Shown: positions 8,629-17,518 of the stretch, piece by piece
How the letters are laid out: every line of letters begins with the position of its first letter
Numbering within the stretch: the stretch's first letter is position 1
DNA from: a virus
Taxonomy: Duplodnaviria; Heunggongvirae; Uroviricota; Caudoviricetes
Virus record (IMG/VR): IMGVR_UViG_2675903468_000006
Reading direction: 5' to 3' (one strand)
Length of the DNA stretch: 45,417 nucleotides
Program-made: the position numbers and the translations under genes
The notes under the pieces: model-generated
Told to the model about the DNA's origin: nothing
What the model saw: only the letters and a program-made list of their open reading frames with translations
Database searches by the model: none

Positions 8629-11558
8629 CAGCCCTGCCCCCTTGGCGTGCGCTTAACGTTCAAATTGCTGGTAATAGCCTGGCTTGCTGGTCCACCATTA
8701 TTCATGTCAGCGATGAATGTATCGATAGTCCAGGTGCCGTCACTGCCCTGCGTAGCCTGTGCATCGACCGACGCTGAAGAGTAATTGTTGATATTCAAAA
8801 TTACCCCGCCACCGCCTCCGGCAGTCATTTCCTTGTTGCTGATCACCTTGCCGTTGTCGCCCGGTATCATGTACTGCTTACCGGTGCTGGCCTGGTAAAT
8901 CTCCGGCATTCCACCTTCGCCGACCTGATACATTCCGCTTGCACTAACCGGGCCGCCGTTCTTACGCTTTCCTGACAGTGCCAGGATGCCAGCCATAGCT
9001 CCGATGCCGATCGCCACCGCTCCACCGAATGACGCAATGGAGGACATGATGGCCGCTGGCGTCCATGCTGCAGTTGTGGCCGCCGCCGCCGCGGTAGACG
9101 TCGCCGTGGTAGTGGCAATGCCTGCTGCCTGCGCCGTGGTAGATGCTGCAACCGCTGCAGTGGTGGCCGTCTGCCCCATGATTGCCGATTTAACCCACTC
9201 AACGCCCATCTGGACGAAGGTGTTGATGAGGCTGTTCAGTACGGTATTCCCGATCGAGCGCAGAGCATCGGAAGCTGACATGCTCCCGGTGATGATGCCG
9301 GTTAAGGCATTGGACGCATTACCGGCCAGTGCATCAAAGGACGCCGCCAGCGCTTCATTGCCTGCGCTCTGGTTACGGAAAATCTCCCATTGCGCCGCGA
9401 TGCGAGCCTGCTCGTACTCCCTGTCAGCTGATGCGCGCAGCATAAGCGCGTTCTGGTGAGTAATAATCCCCTGCTGCTCGTAAGCCTGAATAAGCGCGAG
9501 TTTTCGGGCATTTTCATTCGCCAGTTGCTGCACCGGATCCACACCGCCAGCAGCTTCCTGCAGTGGGCTGACAGCCTGATCGGCACGGATTTTCGCAAGG
9601 TTGGCCTGGTGAGTTGCTTCCAGTCGCTCGGATGTCTGATTGAACTGCTCCTGACTGATTTTCTTCGCAGCCAGAGCGGTATTCAGGTCCTCAACATCCT
9701 GCCTGTAGCTGGCGTTCTCGCGGGCCTCAGGAAGAAGTTTCTCCGCTGCAGCCTGAGCCTTAATGGCGTTGGCGGTGTCCCATTTTTTGGCCGCATACTG
9801 ACCGGCAAGTGCTATCTGCTCTTTGGTGGCACCTTTCCCGAGCGACTGCTGCGCATTCAGAATAGCCTGCTCTCGGCTCAGCTTATTCGTTGAATCGGCA
9901 GCGAGTTCTGACTGCTGTTTCAGGTTCGCCAGCTTCTGAGCAATGGTTTCTGCCTGAGATGCTCCTTTTTTCTGCTCCGATTTAAGCTTCTTTTGCTCTT
10001 CCGTATTTTTGTACGTAGCGGCAGCATCATCTTCCATCTGCTTGGCATGCGGATCATCCTTCGCAAATCCAGCATCTTCGGCAGCGTATTGCGCCTGCAA
10101 CCGTGCGCGAGCCTCGCCCTGCAACTTCGAGAGTGCCAGGTTGCGCTCGGACTGTTTGATCAGGTTCTTCTGTCCGGCGGTAAGGTTATCCGTGGACTTA
10201 TTCAGGCTGTCTACATTGATCTTCGCATTGGCTGCCTCTCTTGCCAGATCGACAAGTTTACCAGCCAGCTCAGCAATGGCTGACTGCCCATCTTTGGAGG
10301 AGGACTTCATTTCCTGGAGCTTTTTCGCCAGTTCCTGAAGTGCTTCAGGCGACGGGTTGTTGCTCAGGTCTGATAACTCTCTTGCAAGATCAAACGCTGA
10401 TTGCTTGCTGATGCCGAGGCGTGAAGAAAGCGTGCTGACCGTTGAAGATAAAGAGTTCACAATGCCAGAGGCATATTGCCCCTGACTGTTGGCCTGTTGA
10501 ATGGCCTGGCTCCAGTCATTTGTGGTAACGCCAAGCGCAGAAAGCTCATCGTTGAACTTTTTGATGCTTGGAGACGCACCGCCAACAGCCGCCAGTGCGC
10601 GATCGCCTAACGTAATGAAAGCATCAGACGCGTCACTAATGGCTTTAGGAATCTTTGAGATCGCCTGGTTATACTCGAGCAGTGCCTGATTTCTCAGCAA
10701 AGTAGCCACGTCGGCATTTACGCGCGCCAGGGCAGCATACTTGTCGGAAAGCGCGGCCACGCCTTGCGATGAAATGGTGATAACCTTATCCATCGCTTCA
10801 GCTGCGTCTTTCAGCGCATCCATGGCATTCTTGCCGCCATTCAGCGAAGTAATCAGCACGCCAGCCAGCACCGAACCAAGCGCGATTATGGCACCAACGA
10901 CTGCGCCGCCGGGACCGAATGCACCAGCGAGTTGAGACCCCTGCTGAGCGAACGCCACCAGCGCAGACTGGCCGCCCTGCACCTGTACTATGAAATCCTG
11001 AACCTGATAACCAGCCTGCTGCATGCTGGCCTTCCAGCCTTTATTACTGCCCATCGAGGTATCAGCAGCGCCTTTCATGTCGAAGAGCCGCCCAGTCAAT
11101 TCGCCGATCTTCTGCTTCTCTTCGTCTGTAGCTTTTGACCCGGCTCGGAGCTGGGCTGCCAGAACCGCGGCACTACGCGCGCCATTCTCCTGCGCTTCGT
11201 CCAGCACAGCCAGCTGGTTACCCAGCGCCTCGATGATTGATTCTGCGCGACTGAATTCACTGCTCGCGCCGCCGGTACCGCTGCGGGCCTCTTCCATAGC
11301 GCGGGCAATTCCGCTCACGTTGGTGTTCAGCTTGCGCAGCTGGTTATCCATGGAATTGGCATAACCAGCCAGTTCAGTAAAAGCGGATCCGGTTTGAGAC
11401 GTGCTCTGGTCGAGGTTATCCATTCCCTTCCCGGACTGCTGGGCTGCAGCATCCAGTTTATCCAGAGCATCAATGGCCTGTTTACCGCCCTGCAGCAGCG
11501 GCTCAATATTGGCGCTGACTTCATAAACGATGCTACCGGCGTTTTTCTCACCTGCCAT
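8628..11558 (-). CDS. Tail tape measure protein
   Basis: 976 aa, Ala/Gln/Leu-rich coiled-coil composition, hydrophobic Gly/Ala-rich C-terminal segment, position. Confidence 0.85.
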   Translation of the reverse strand: MAGEKNAGSIVYEVSANIEPLLQGGKQAIDALDKLDAAAQQSGKGMDNLDQSTSQTGSAFTELAGYANSMDNQLRKLNTNVSGIARAMEEARSGTGGASSEFSRAESIIEALGNQLAVLDEAQENGARSAAVLAAQLRAGSKATDEEKQKIGELTGRLFDMKGAADTSMGSNKGWKASMQQAGYQVQDFIVQVQGGQSALVAFAQQGSQLAGAFGPGGAVVGAIIALGSVLAGVLITSLNGGKNAMDALKDAAEAMDKVITISSQGVAALSDKYAALARVNADVATLLRNQALLEYNQAISKIPKAISDASDAFITLGDRALAAVGGASPSIKKFNDELSALGVTTNDWSQAIQQANSQGQYASGIVNSLSSTVSTLSSRLGISKQSAFDLARELSDLSNNPSPEALQELAKKLQEMKSSSKDGQSAIAELAGKLVDLAREAANAKINVDSLNKSTDNLTAGQKNLIKQSERNLALSKLQGEARARLQAQYAAEDAGFAKDDPHAKQMEDDAAATYKNTEEQKKLKSEQKKGASQAETIAQKLANLKQQSELAADSTNKLSREQAILNAQQSLGKGATKEQIALAGQYAAKKWDTANAIKAQAAAEKLLPEARENASYRQDVEDLNTALAAKKISQEQFNQTSERLEATHQANLAKIRADQAVSPLQEAAGGVDPVQQLANENARKLALIQAYEQQGIITHQNALMLRASADREYEQARIAAQWEIFRNQSAGNEALAASFDALAGNASNALTGIITGSMSASDALRSIGNTVLNSLINTFVQMGVEWVKSAIMGQTATTAAVAASTTAQAAGIATTTATSTAAAAATTAAWTPAAIMSSIASFGGAVAIGIGAMAGILALSGKRKNGGPVSASGMYQVGEGGMPEIYQASTGKQYMIPGDNGKVISNKEMTAGGGGGVILNINNYSSASVDAQATQGSDGTWTIDTFIADMNNGGPASQAITSNLNVKRTPRGQG

Positions 11559-11574
11559 GTCGTTCTCCGGACAT

Positions 11575-11600
11575 AAAAAAACCCGCCGAAGCGGGTTTTA
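11575..11600 (-). terminator. Intrinsic terminator after the NYN gene, directly upstream of tape measure
   Basis: Minus-strand ACCCGC-TTCG-GCGGGT hairpin plus T7; identical hairpin recurs near 13933. Confidence 0.6.
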
Positions 11601-11615
11601 AGAAATGATTAAAGT

Positions 11616-12248
11616 TTACAAATTAGCGTACGTTTCAGGGATATGGAGGTCAGAATGAATAGGCAAAGATGGTTTGACTCTATGACCGAGAGTATAAGTG
11701 AATACTTGCTTTCCTTCAGATCTCGCAAATTTGATGATGGGTGCAAAATCTGAGTCACCTGTTACCAAGCAAAAAACGTCTGCTTGGTTTTTTAAAGTCA
11801 TAGATGAGATATCTAATGCGATCCTCATATCCACACCTTTCTGCTGAAGATTGGGAGAAACATTATGAGCATTAATTGTTGCCGTCCCTCCTGCACCTGA
11901 CTGAAGAGCAGCATCAGAAACCTTCCACCCTCTAAAATTGAGTTCCCCTAGGCGCACAGCAAAAAAAGGCTTGACCTTAAGCTCATCTAACAATGTATTA
12001 CAATCAATGGCCATTTGTGTAGCGCCAAAGTTAATAACAGCGTTGGATATAGGATGTGTCTTAGTACCCGTGAAAGGCTCAGCGTCGTAATAAAACACAC
12101 GATACAACCGCATCCCTAATAACTCAGCTCGTGCTTTAATTTTATTAACTAAATCTTCGACATTTTGAGCTGTCATTGGTGCTGCCTGAGTACCTAATTT
12201 TCGGCGCAAGAACCCTGCGTCAAGAAGTACTGCGTACTGTCTTTCCAT
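11616..12248 (-). CDS. NYN/LabA-like domain protein (predicted RNase), moron
   Basis: Motifs VLLDAGF, KGVDMRIALD, LVTGDSDF; AT-rich; own promoter and terminator. Confidence 0.65.
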   Translation of the reverse strand: MERQYAVLLDAGFLRRKLGTQAAPMTAQNVEDLVNKIKARAELLGMRLYRVFYYDAEPFTGTKTHPISNAVINFGATQMAIDCNTLLDELKVKPFFAVRLGELNFRGWKVSDAALQSGAGGTATINAHNVSPNLQQKGVDMRIALDISSMTLKNQADVFCLVTGDSDFAPIIKFARSEGKQVFTYTLGHRVKPSLPIHSDLHIPETYANL

Positions 12249-12352
12249 TTTTATTAACCGAATTCGGGGAATTAGAGGGAGAGTGGTGGGTTAGGCTCGC
12301 GGAGGTAAACCTCACTTGTATGGGGTGCGAGCCGCCCACATCATTGTTGTGA

Positions 12353-12381
12353 ACTATAACTCCTACTCAATAACCCTGCAA
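12353..12381 (-). promoter_or_regulatory. Candidate sigma70 promoter for the NYN moron
   Basis: Minus-strand TTGCAG, 17-nt spacer, TATAGT; about 100-nt leader with inverted repeats. Confidence 0.35.
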
Positions 12382-12427
12382 GTATGGCTAGTGCAAAATA
12401 AAAGGTAATTTTGTAAATTTCATTTTA

Positions 12428-13099
12428 TTAACTACTAACTTGTGCCCTGCGCGCGGCCTGTTTAGCCAGGTATTCGTCGGCGATGCTGTCGTACTCTTCG
12501 CGAGTGAAACCTTTCTGGTCCGGGTATTTCGTGGCCAGCAGCATCTGAAATTCGGTCATCGTTAGCTGGGAAGCTTCGGCGCGATTCATGCCGAAGTGAC
12601 TTCGTGCCGCGCTGATGTAGTCGAAGGCTTTAAACTCGGTAGTGCGCTCGTCAGTCTCGTGACGCTGCAACTGTCGAACTTTGGCTTTACCTACGACCCC
12701 GTGCTGCATGAGGTGCTGCGCCAGTACGATGATGTCGTTCTTCGGCATCTGGCCCGGGCGGTAGACGACACAATGTCGCCACCCTTTCCATTCGCCAATC
12801 ATTGGCGTCAGGTCATCATCACAACACGCCTGCAGCACAAGCATGCACGTTGATAACAGCTTCTCAGCGGCGCGGTTGAATGAAGGTGATAGCCATTCAG
12901 GAAAGCGGCCCAGCCCGCCGGTGCACACCTCAATGAGTTGAGCGACATCATTCCCGTGGATGGTGGCATACGCCTGCACAATCTCTTCCGGAGTGCCGAT
13001 TCTCGCCATAGCCTCGAATGACGGCCGTAACAGGTAATCTTTCCCGCCTTCGCGGCTGTCGCTGATAGAGAGTTCGCCAATATCTGTTAAAGCGGTCAT
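12428..13099 (-). CDS. Tail assembly chaperone (between major tail and tape measure)
   Basis: Position; no slippery site identified. Confidence 0.45.
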   Translation of the reverse strand: MTALTDIGELSISDSREGGKDYLLRPSFEAMARIGTPEEIVQAYATIHGNDVAQLIEVCTGGLGRFPEWLSPSFNRAAEKLLSTCMLVLQACCDDDLTPMIGEWKGWRHCVVYRPGQMPKNDIIVLAQHLMQHGVVGKAKVRQLQRHETDERTTEFKAFDYISAARSHFGMNRAEASQLTMTEFQMLLATKYPDQKGFTREEYDSIADEYLAKQAARRAQVSS

Positions 13100-13156
13100 A
13101 GGCCTTCCAGTAAACGGTCATTATCAAGGGCGGCACGCCACCCTTTGGAATGTCCG

Positions 13157-13900
13157 TTAAGTAACTGTTACCGTATGCACGGCCACAAAGTTGCCGTCTT
13201 CGGTGTTGATGATGATCTGCGCGCTGCCGGTCGCCACACGGTTAACCGTGACGGTAGTACCTGATGCCGTGGCAGTGGCTTTGGTGGGATCGGTTGAAGC
13301 GACGGTGAAGCCAGTATTTGTTGCGCCGGTTGGTGCGATATTCACCGTGAAGGTGCTGGTACCGCCAGCCGCGCCAGTGCTGGTAGTCGGGGTTACCGTC
13401 ACACCAGTCACTGCTACCGCAGTGATTTCGTTCACTTCGATAGTGCTCGCGTCACCGACCTTGAACTCAGTAGAGAACGTGACGATATCGTTAGTGCCAC
13501 CGTCAGAACTCAACGCGTTAATGTTCATGTAGCCGATGAATTCAATCGGACCGTAGTCCATGCGCACCCAGATACCTGGCTGGCGCTTAGCCTTCAGCTC
13601 ATCAGCGAAATACTTGATGAACTTGCCGACACCGTACTGGTCCAGTTTGTCCTTCTTGCGCACTTCACCTTCAAAGCTCAGGGTGAAGTCACTGTTGGTG
13701 ATGATGGTCTCGACATAGCCGCCGCCGTCATCCGCATCAGAGGTAACCGAGTTAGGGTTGAAGTCGAAGCCTTTCGACGTACCAGCAGCCAGCGCCTTCC
13801 ACTCAGATTCGAGTGGTTTGACATCCGGGCAGCCATCGGCGACTTCCAGCACGACCGCACCGCCGAACAGGCGTTCGTTCGAGTTCTGGCAATTAGCCAT
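13157..13900 (-). CDS. Major tail protein with C-terminal Ig-like (Big_2-type) domain
   Basis: Thr/Val/Gly-rich beta-type C-terminus, size and position; SD agaggag. Confidence 0.7.
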   Translation of the reverse strand: MANCQNSNERLFGGAVVLEVADGCPDVKPLESEWKALAAGTSKGFDFNPNSVTSDADDGGGYVETIITNSDFTLSFEGEVRKKDKLDQYGVGKFIKYFADELKAKRQPGIWVRMDYGPIEFIGYMNINALSSDGGTNDIVTFSTEFKVGDASTIEVNEITAVAVTGVTVTPTTSTGAAGGTSTFTVNIAPTGATNTGFTVASTDPTKATATASGTTVTVNRVATGSAQIIINTEDGNFVAVHTVTVT

Positions 13901-13924
13901 TTGAAACTCCTCTTTGACGTATAA

Positions 13925-13950
13925 AAAGAAAACCCGCCGAAGCGGGTTAT
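13925..13950 (-). terminator. Intrinsic terminator upstream of major tail gene
   Basis: Same ACCCGC-TTCG-GCGGGT hairpin as at 11582, followed by TTTCTTTTT. Confidence 0.55.
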
Positions 13951-13963
13951 TTGGTTGGGATGG

Positions 13964-14347
13964 CTATTCGCCGTAAGTGCAGGCGAACTGGAGTCTGAAG
14001 ACTATTCGCCCTTCTTCTGTGAGCACCGGCGCGGGAATTGCGCCCATGTTCTGGATGTAGCCGACGCACTCGTCAGCCATGGGGTTGGCCTGGACGTAAT
14101 CGACGATGCGCTGTACGGCATTGAGTGCGTCTTTGCGCTTATCTTTTGCGCCTACGACGTCGACCAGGACGTGATACTCAGAGCCGAGGTCAGTCCGAAT
14201 ATACGACCCGCCGTTAGGCCTGAACACCATGATCGCCTTCGACAGGTCTCCCGGGTCGTCGTACATCAGCTGCTGCACCGTGAAACCGGTAGTTAGCCCG
14301 GCGTCGCCGAACATGTTGCGCACCCGCTCGTGCATCATGGGTGTCAT
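13964..14347 (-). CDS. Tail completion / tail terminator-like protein
   Basis: 127 aa, position before major tail gene. Confidence 0.4.
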   Translation of the reverse strand: MTPMMHERVRNMFGDAGLTTGFTVQQLMYDDPGDLSKAIMVFRPNGGSYIRTDLGSEYHVLVDVVGAKDKRKDALNAVQRIVDYVQANPMADECVGYIQNMGAIPAPVLTEEGRIVFRLQFACTYGE

Positions 14348-14808
14348 AGCGAAAGCTCCTTGCGCATCACCGCATCAACGTTATCGCGCTCATCATTCGC
14401 GCCTTTGGTCAGGAATTGCGGTTCACCGTGCGGATCCCAGTAGTTGCCCTTTCCGGTGCCGCCGCCGAACTCTTTCGGTTTCTGCGGACCGAACTCAGAT
14501 CGGTTGCTGGTTATACCAAAGTGCGCGCGCGGCTGACCTTTCAGCTTGCCTGACGCCTCATGAACGTACGCGGCATAGTTTGCTGAGTAACCGATGCGCC
14601 CGGTGATGAACACGCCGCCAGCGTCAATTTCGCGAAACTGGCTGTTAATCAGCGTAGAGGTGTCGATCGGGGTGTAATAGGCTGCCCGTGCCCCGATGAG
14701 AATCATCGCCGACTGCAGCGCGCGAATCACCTTGCGCCACTTCACGTCGTTGATGACATCGTTCAGGTGCTTTTTCGCCTGGCTAACGCCCTTCACTTTG
14801 ATGCCCAT
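14344..14808 (-). CDS. Head-tail joining protein (HK97 gp10-like)
   Basis: Size and position; overlapping stop/start with neighbours. Confidence 0.4.
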   Translation of the reverse strand: MGIKVKGVSQAKKHLNDVINDVKWRKVIRALQSAMILIGARAAYYTPIDTSTLINSQFREIDAGGVFITGRIGYSANYAAYVHEASGKLKGQPRAHFGITSNRSEFGPQKPKEFGGGTGKGNYWDPHGEPQFLTKGANDERDNVDAVMRKELSL

Positions 14809-14810
14809 GG

Positions 14811-15158
14811 CTACACCCCCGTCAGGATGGCGTAATCATCCACTAGGCGCTCGAACGTGTCGGCGTAGCGGATAACCTGCCGCACCTCGTCTGCTCCGGC
14901 GACAACCGGATCGGATTCGGTTGACTGGCCAATCAGCAGGTAATCACCCGCCGCTGCCAGTGCATACTCAGTCCAAACGGTATTCTTCACGACGATTTCA
15001 GATCCGATATTGCCGATGCGCTTTGACAGGCCACCTTCGTAATCACAGAGAATCGACTCAGGGGCAGAGAAGCCGAGCGAGTCACCGTATTCATCGTTAC
15101 CGAGATTGCGCCAGATTGTCGCCGTCGCGGTGTATGACCAATTAGCGGTTGACGACAT
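14811..15158 (-). CDS. Head-tail adaptor / head closure protein
   Basis: Position in connector cluster. Confidence 0.4.
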   Translation of the reverse strand: MSSTANWSYTATATIWRNLGNDEYGDSLGFSAPESILCDYEGGLSKRIGNIGSEIVVKNTVWTEYALAAAGDYLLIGQSTESDPVVAGADEVRQVIRYADTFERLVDDYAILTGV

Positions 15159-15331
15159 CAGTCATCCCTCCATCGCAGCACAGCGGCGCCAGTCGCCCGG
15201 ATGCGCGGGCAGTTGATGAACCACTCGCCGTCCGACTTAACGTAACCGGTTGTCTCCCGCCCTGTGTCGGTCATCACCCAGACGCGGGTGAACGCGCGCG
15301 GAAGGCCGTGCTTAACTGATTTGTACGTCAT
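15158..15331 (-). CDS. Small coupled ORF (57 aa), below the track cutoff
   Basis: ATG overlaps upstream stop (TGATG) and its stop overlaps the next ATG; translates MTYKSVKHGLPRAF...LRWRDD. Confidence 0.35.
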   Translation of the reverse strand: MTYKSVKHGLPRAFTRVWVMTDTGRETTGYVKSDGEWFINCPRIRATGAAVLRWRDD

Positions 15332-15711
15332 CAGCAACCCCCGACCACCATGAACAGGCCGACGCTGTTACCGGCGCTAATCGGCAACTCGCCGGTGCAG
15401 CCGCTGGTATCGAGACGGGCCAGCGAGTCGCGCAGCCAGGTGATGCTGTCAGCATCGTAATCGAACGAGCGGGACGCGCCAGAAGGCGCACCCTGCGATT
15501 TGATGCGGCGCGCGCCGGACGAAGTAGCCATAAGCGCGGCGGCATACATCAGGATCAGCTTCGCGGTGCAGTCGTCATAACCAGCGCCATCGAGACAAGG
15601 GATAATCTTGTTCACCACGCAGAGAATCGGCTCCAGCAGCGCGCCCGGGATGGAGTAACCCAATTCACCGAGGAACGCCTGCACGTCTGCCGCTGTGATT
15701 GGGTCAGCCAT
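15331..15711 (-). CDS. Head-tail connector family protein (hypothetical)
   Basis: Position after the coiled-coil gene. Confidence 0.4.
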   Translation of the reverse strand: MADPITAADVQAFLGELGYSIPGALLEPILCVVNKIIPCLDGAGYDDCTAKLILMYAAALMATSSGARRIKSQGAPSGASRSFDYDADSITWLRDSLARLDTSGCTGELPISAGNSVGLFMVVGGC

Positions 15712-15713
15712 GG

Positions 15714-16001
15714 TTATTTCGCCTTTTTCTTCAGCTCGTCGATTTGTTTCTGAGCCTCGTCGAGGTCAGCCTGCAGCTTCGTGTTGTCAGCGGTCAGCGA
15801 CTCAACTTTGCCATTGGCCTCGTCGAGGTCAGCCTGCAGCTTTTGCACGTCGGCAGGTGTCGCAACTTCCAGGACCTGGTCGCTTACCGGGATCGCTTTT
15901 CCTGCCAGCCACAGCGGGAGAGTCTCGCCTTTGTAGACCTCACCCTTTTTCAGTTCGTGGCTGTCATGGGTGAGCAACCATTTTTGTTCTTTACCAGCCA
16001 T
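15714..16001 (-). CDS. Small coiled-coil protein with internal repeat (KLQADLDEA twice)
   Basis: Start set at MAGKEQ with SD GGAGG; 26-bp direct DNA repeat encodes the repeated heptads. Confidence 0.45.
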   Translation of the reverse strand: MAGKEQKWLLTHDSHELKKGEVYKGETLPLWLAGKAIPVSDQVLEVATPADVQKLQADLDEANGKVESLTADNTKLQADLDEAQKQIDELKKKAK

Positions 16002-16010
16002 ACGGCCTCC

Positions 16011-16037
16011 GTAAAAAAGATGGGGCCTGAGCCCCAT
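16011..16037 (-). terminator. Intrinsic terminator immediately after major capsid gene
   Basis: Minus-strand ATGGGGC-TCAG-GCCCCAT hairpin followed by a T-run. Confidence 0.6.
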
Positions 16038-16040
16038 GAA

Positions 16041-17072
16041 TTATGCTTTGGTCAGCTGGGCGTAACCGGCCTGGCCATTCGCGTCATGTTTGAACTGCGG
16101 CGCCGCAGCAGCCAACACGGAGAAGACATAATCGTCTTCCGGATTCTGGCGAGCTTTCGGGCGCATAGTCATCGGCATGCCGTTGAGGATCTGCACAACG
16201 TCAGGGCGCTTAACCACACCCAGCAGTTCGTTTTGCGGTACCTTAGAACCAGGAACCAGCGCCGCAACACCAGGGATTTCCATGATGCGGGACAGGATGG
16301 TCTTCGGATAGTTGGCCGCGTAGTCGTTCACAGACGCGTAGAACCAGTCTTTGTAGTTCACGTAGATGGTTACCGGGCCGTAGAAATTCTTGGACTGCAG
16401 CAGACCAATCAGCGCGGAGATGGCGCCGACCCACTGAGCGCCGGTTGCGCCGTTCAGGTCAAGACCATGCGTGCCGGTTGCGCGGTTTGGCGCAGTGCGC
16501 AGGCCGTAAATGGTCGCGCCTCCGACGTTGATGTTTGGATCGCCGTTCAGCACCATATCTTCCAGCTTCTCAGCCACTTTACGCTGATGGTTGGAGATGG
16601 CGTCGCTGTCCAGAGAGTAGCCTTCAGTCTGCGCTGCCAGCATCTGACGCCAGCCGAAAGTCAGCTCGCTGTCGATGATAGGCAGTGGCGTACCTTCGTA
16701 ATCCATGACAGGCTGATCGCCCTTCGCCTTGCCGCGGCCATCCAGGCTGATGTTTACATCACCGGAATCTGACAGAGTCATGAAGTAGTGAACGATCTTA
16801 CCGAGTGCCATCGGGCGGGAAACGCTGGCGGCCAGGTCGTTAAACACTGACAGCACGTCGCGCTGAACGGTAATCGCAGAGCGGTCCCATTCCCCCCAGA
16901 CATCTTTCGGCAGCACGGAGGCGTTACCGACGAGCTCATCAAATGCAATGAACTGACCGCCTGCGTCGTTGACTGCAAAGCCATGCTGTGCAGCCATATT
17001 GCGCTGCATCATATCCCAGCGACGGCGGGCATTGAGAATCAGCTTCTGCTGCTGTGGAGTAAACTTTAACAT
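16041..17072 (-). CDS. Major capsid protein
   Basis: 343 aa, position after scaffold/decoration genes, strong SD, terminator downstream. Confidence 0.65.
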   Translation of the reverse strand: MLKFTPQQQKLILNARRRWDMMQRNMAAQHGFAVNDAGGQFIAFDELVGNASVLPKDVWGEWDRSAITVQRDVLSVFNDLAASVSRPMALGKIVHYFMTLSDSGDVNISLDGRGKAKGDQPVMDYEGTPLPIIDSELTFGWRQMLAAQTEGYSLDSDAISNHQRKVAEKLEDMVLNGDPNINVGGATIYGLRTAPNRATGTHGLDLNGATGAQWVGAISALIGLLQSKNFYGPVTIYVNYKDWFYASVNDYAANYPKTILSRIMEIPGVAALVPGSKVPQNELLGVVKRPDVVQILNGMPMTMRPKARQNPEDDYVFSVLAAAAPQFKHDANGQAGYAQLTKA

Positions 17073-17083
17073 TCTTGTTTTCC

Positions 17084-17518
17084 TTATGCCTTGGCGTACG
17101 GAGTGGAGAGGATCACCACGTCGGCGAAACCTTCCGCCGCCAGAGTGCGTCCTGCTTTTTCGTCGAACGTTGCGACGACCTGGTTGCCGGTTGCGGCCGC
17201 TTTGAATACGCCGCCGGTACCGATAGTCAGCTCCTGACCCACCGTATAGGCCGCCGCTGCCAGGCGAACGTTGTATTCCTGCTCACCTTCAACGCGGTAT
17301 GCAACTCCGGTTTCGTTAGCTGCGTATGCAGTTGTGATTGCCTGGCCGATGAAACGACGGTTGCCGAGGATGAACCAGCGGCCGGTTGTATCAGCGGAGG
17401 CTGCGAGCTTGCCTGATGCAACCTTAACTGCCACGCCTGGGTTAAGCGCCGCAGCAACCGGCAGGTTGATGGTTTCCGGCTCGCGCTCGACCGGGCCGCG
17501 ATAGATGACGTTAGCCAT
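17084..17518 (-). CDS. Small head structural / decoration-like protein
   Basis: 144 aa, Ala/Gly/Val-rich, directly upstream of capsid gene. Confidence 0.4.
   Translation of the reverse strand: MANVIYRGPVEREPETINLPVAAALNPGVAVKVASGKLAASADTTGRWFILGNRRFIGQAITTAYAANETGVAYRVEGEQEYNVRLAAAAYTVGQELTIGTGGVFKAAATGNQVVATFDEKAGRTLAAEGFADVVILSTPYAKA

Noticed and set aside
8867-10338. Several long ORFs on both strands inside the tape-measure gene (Ala/Arg/Pro-rich translations)
   Set aside because: They are out-of-frame or antisense readings of a GC-rich, Ala-rich coiled-coil gene with no start signals; the 976-aa frame is the coherent one.
12428-13136. Programmed -1 frameshift (G/GT-type) in the tail assembly chaperone gene
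   Set aside because: Overlapping alternative-frame ORFs exist, but I could not identify a slippery heptamer by eye, so no frameshift is claimed.
15699-16772. 357-aa plus-strand ORF antisense to the major capsid and coiled-coil genes
   Set aside because: Low-complexity Arg/Val-rich translation, no RBS, and it overlaps well-supported minus-strand structural genes.
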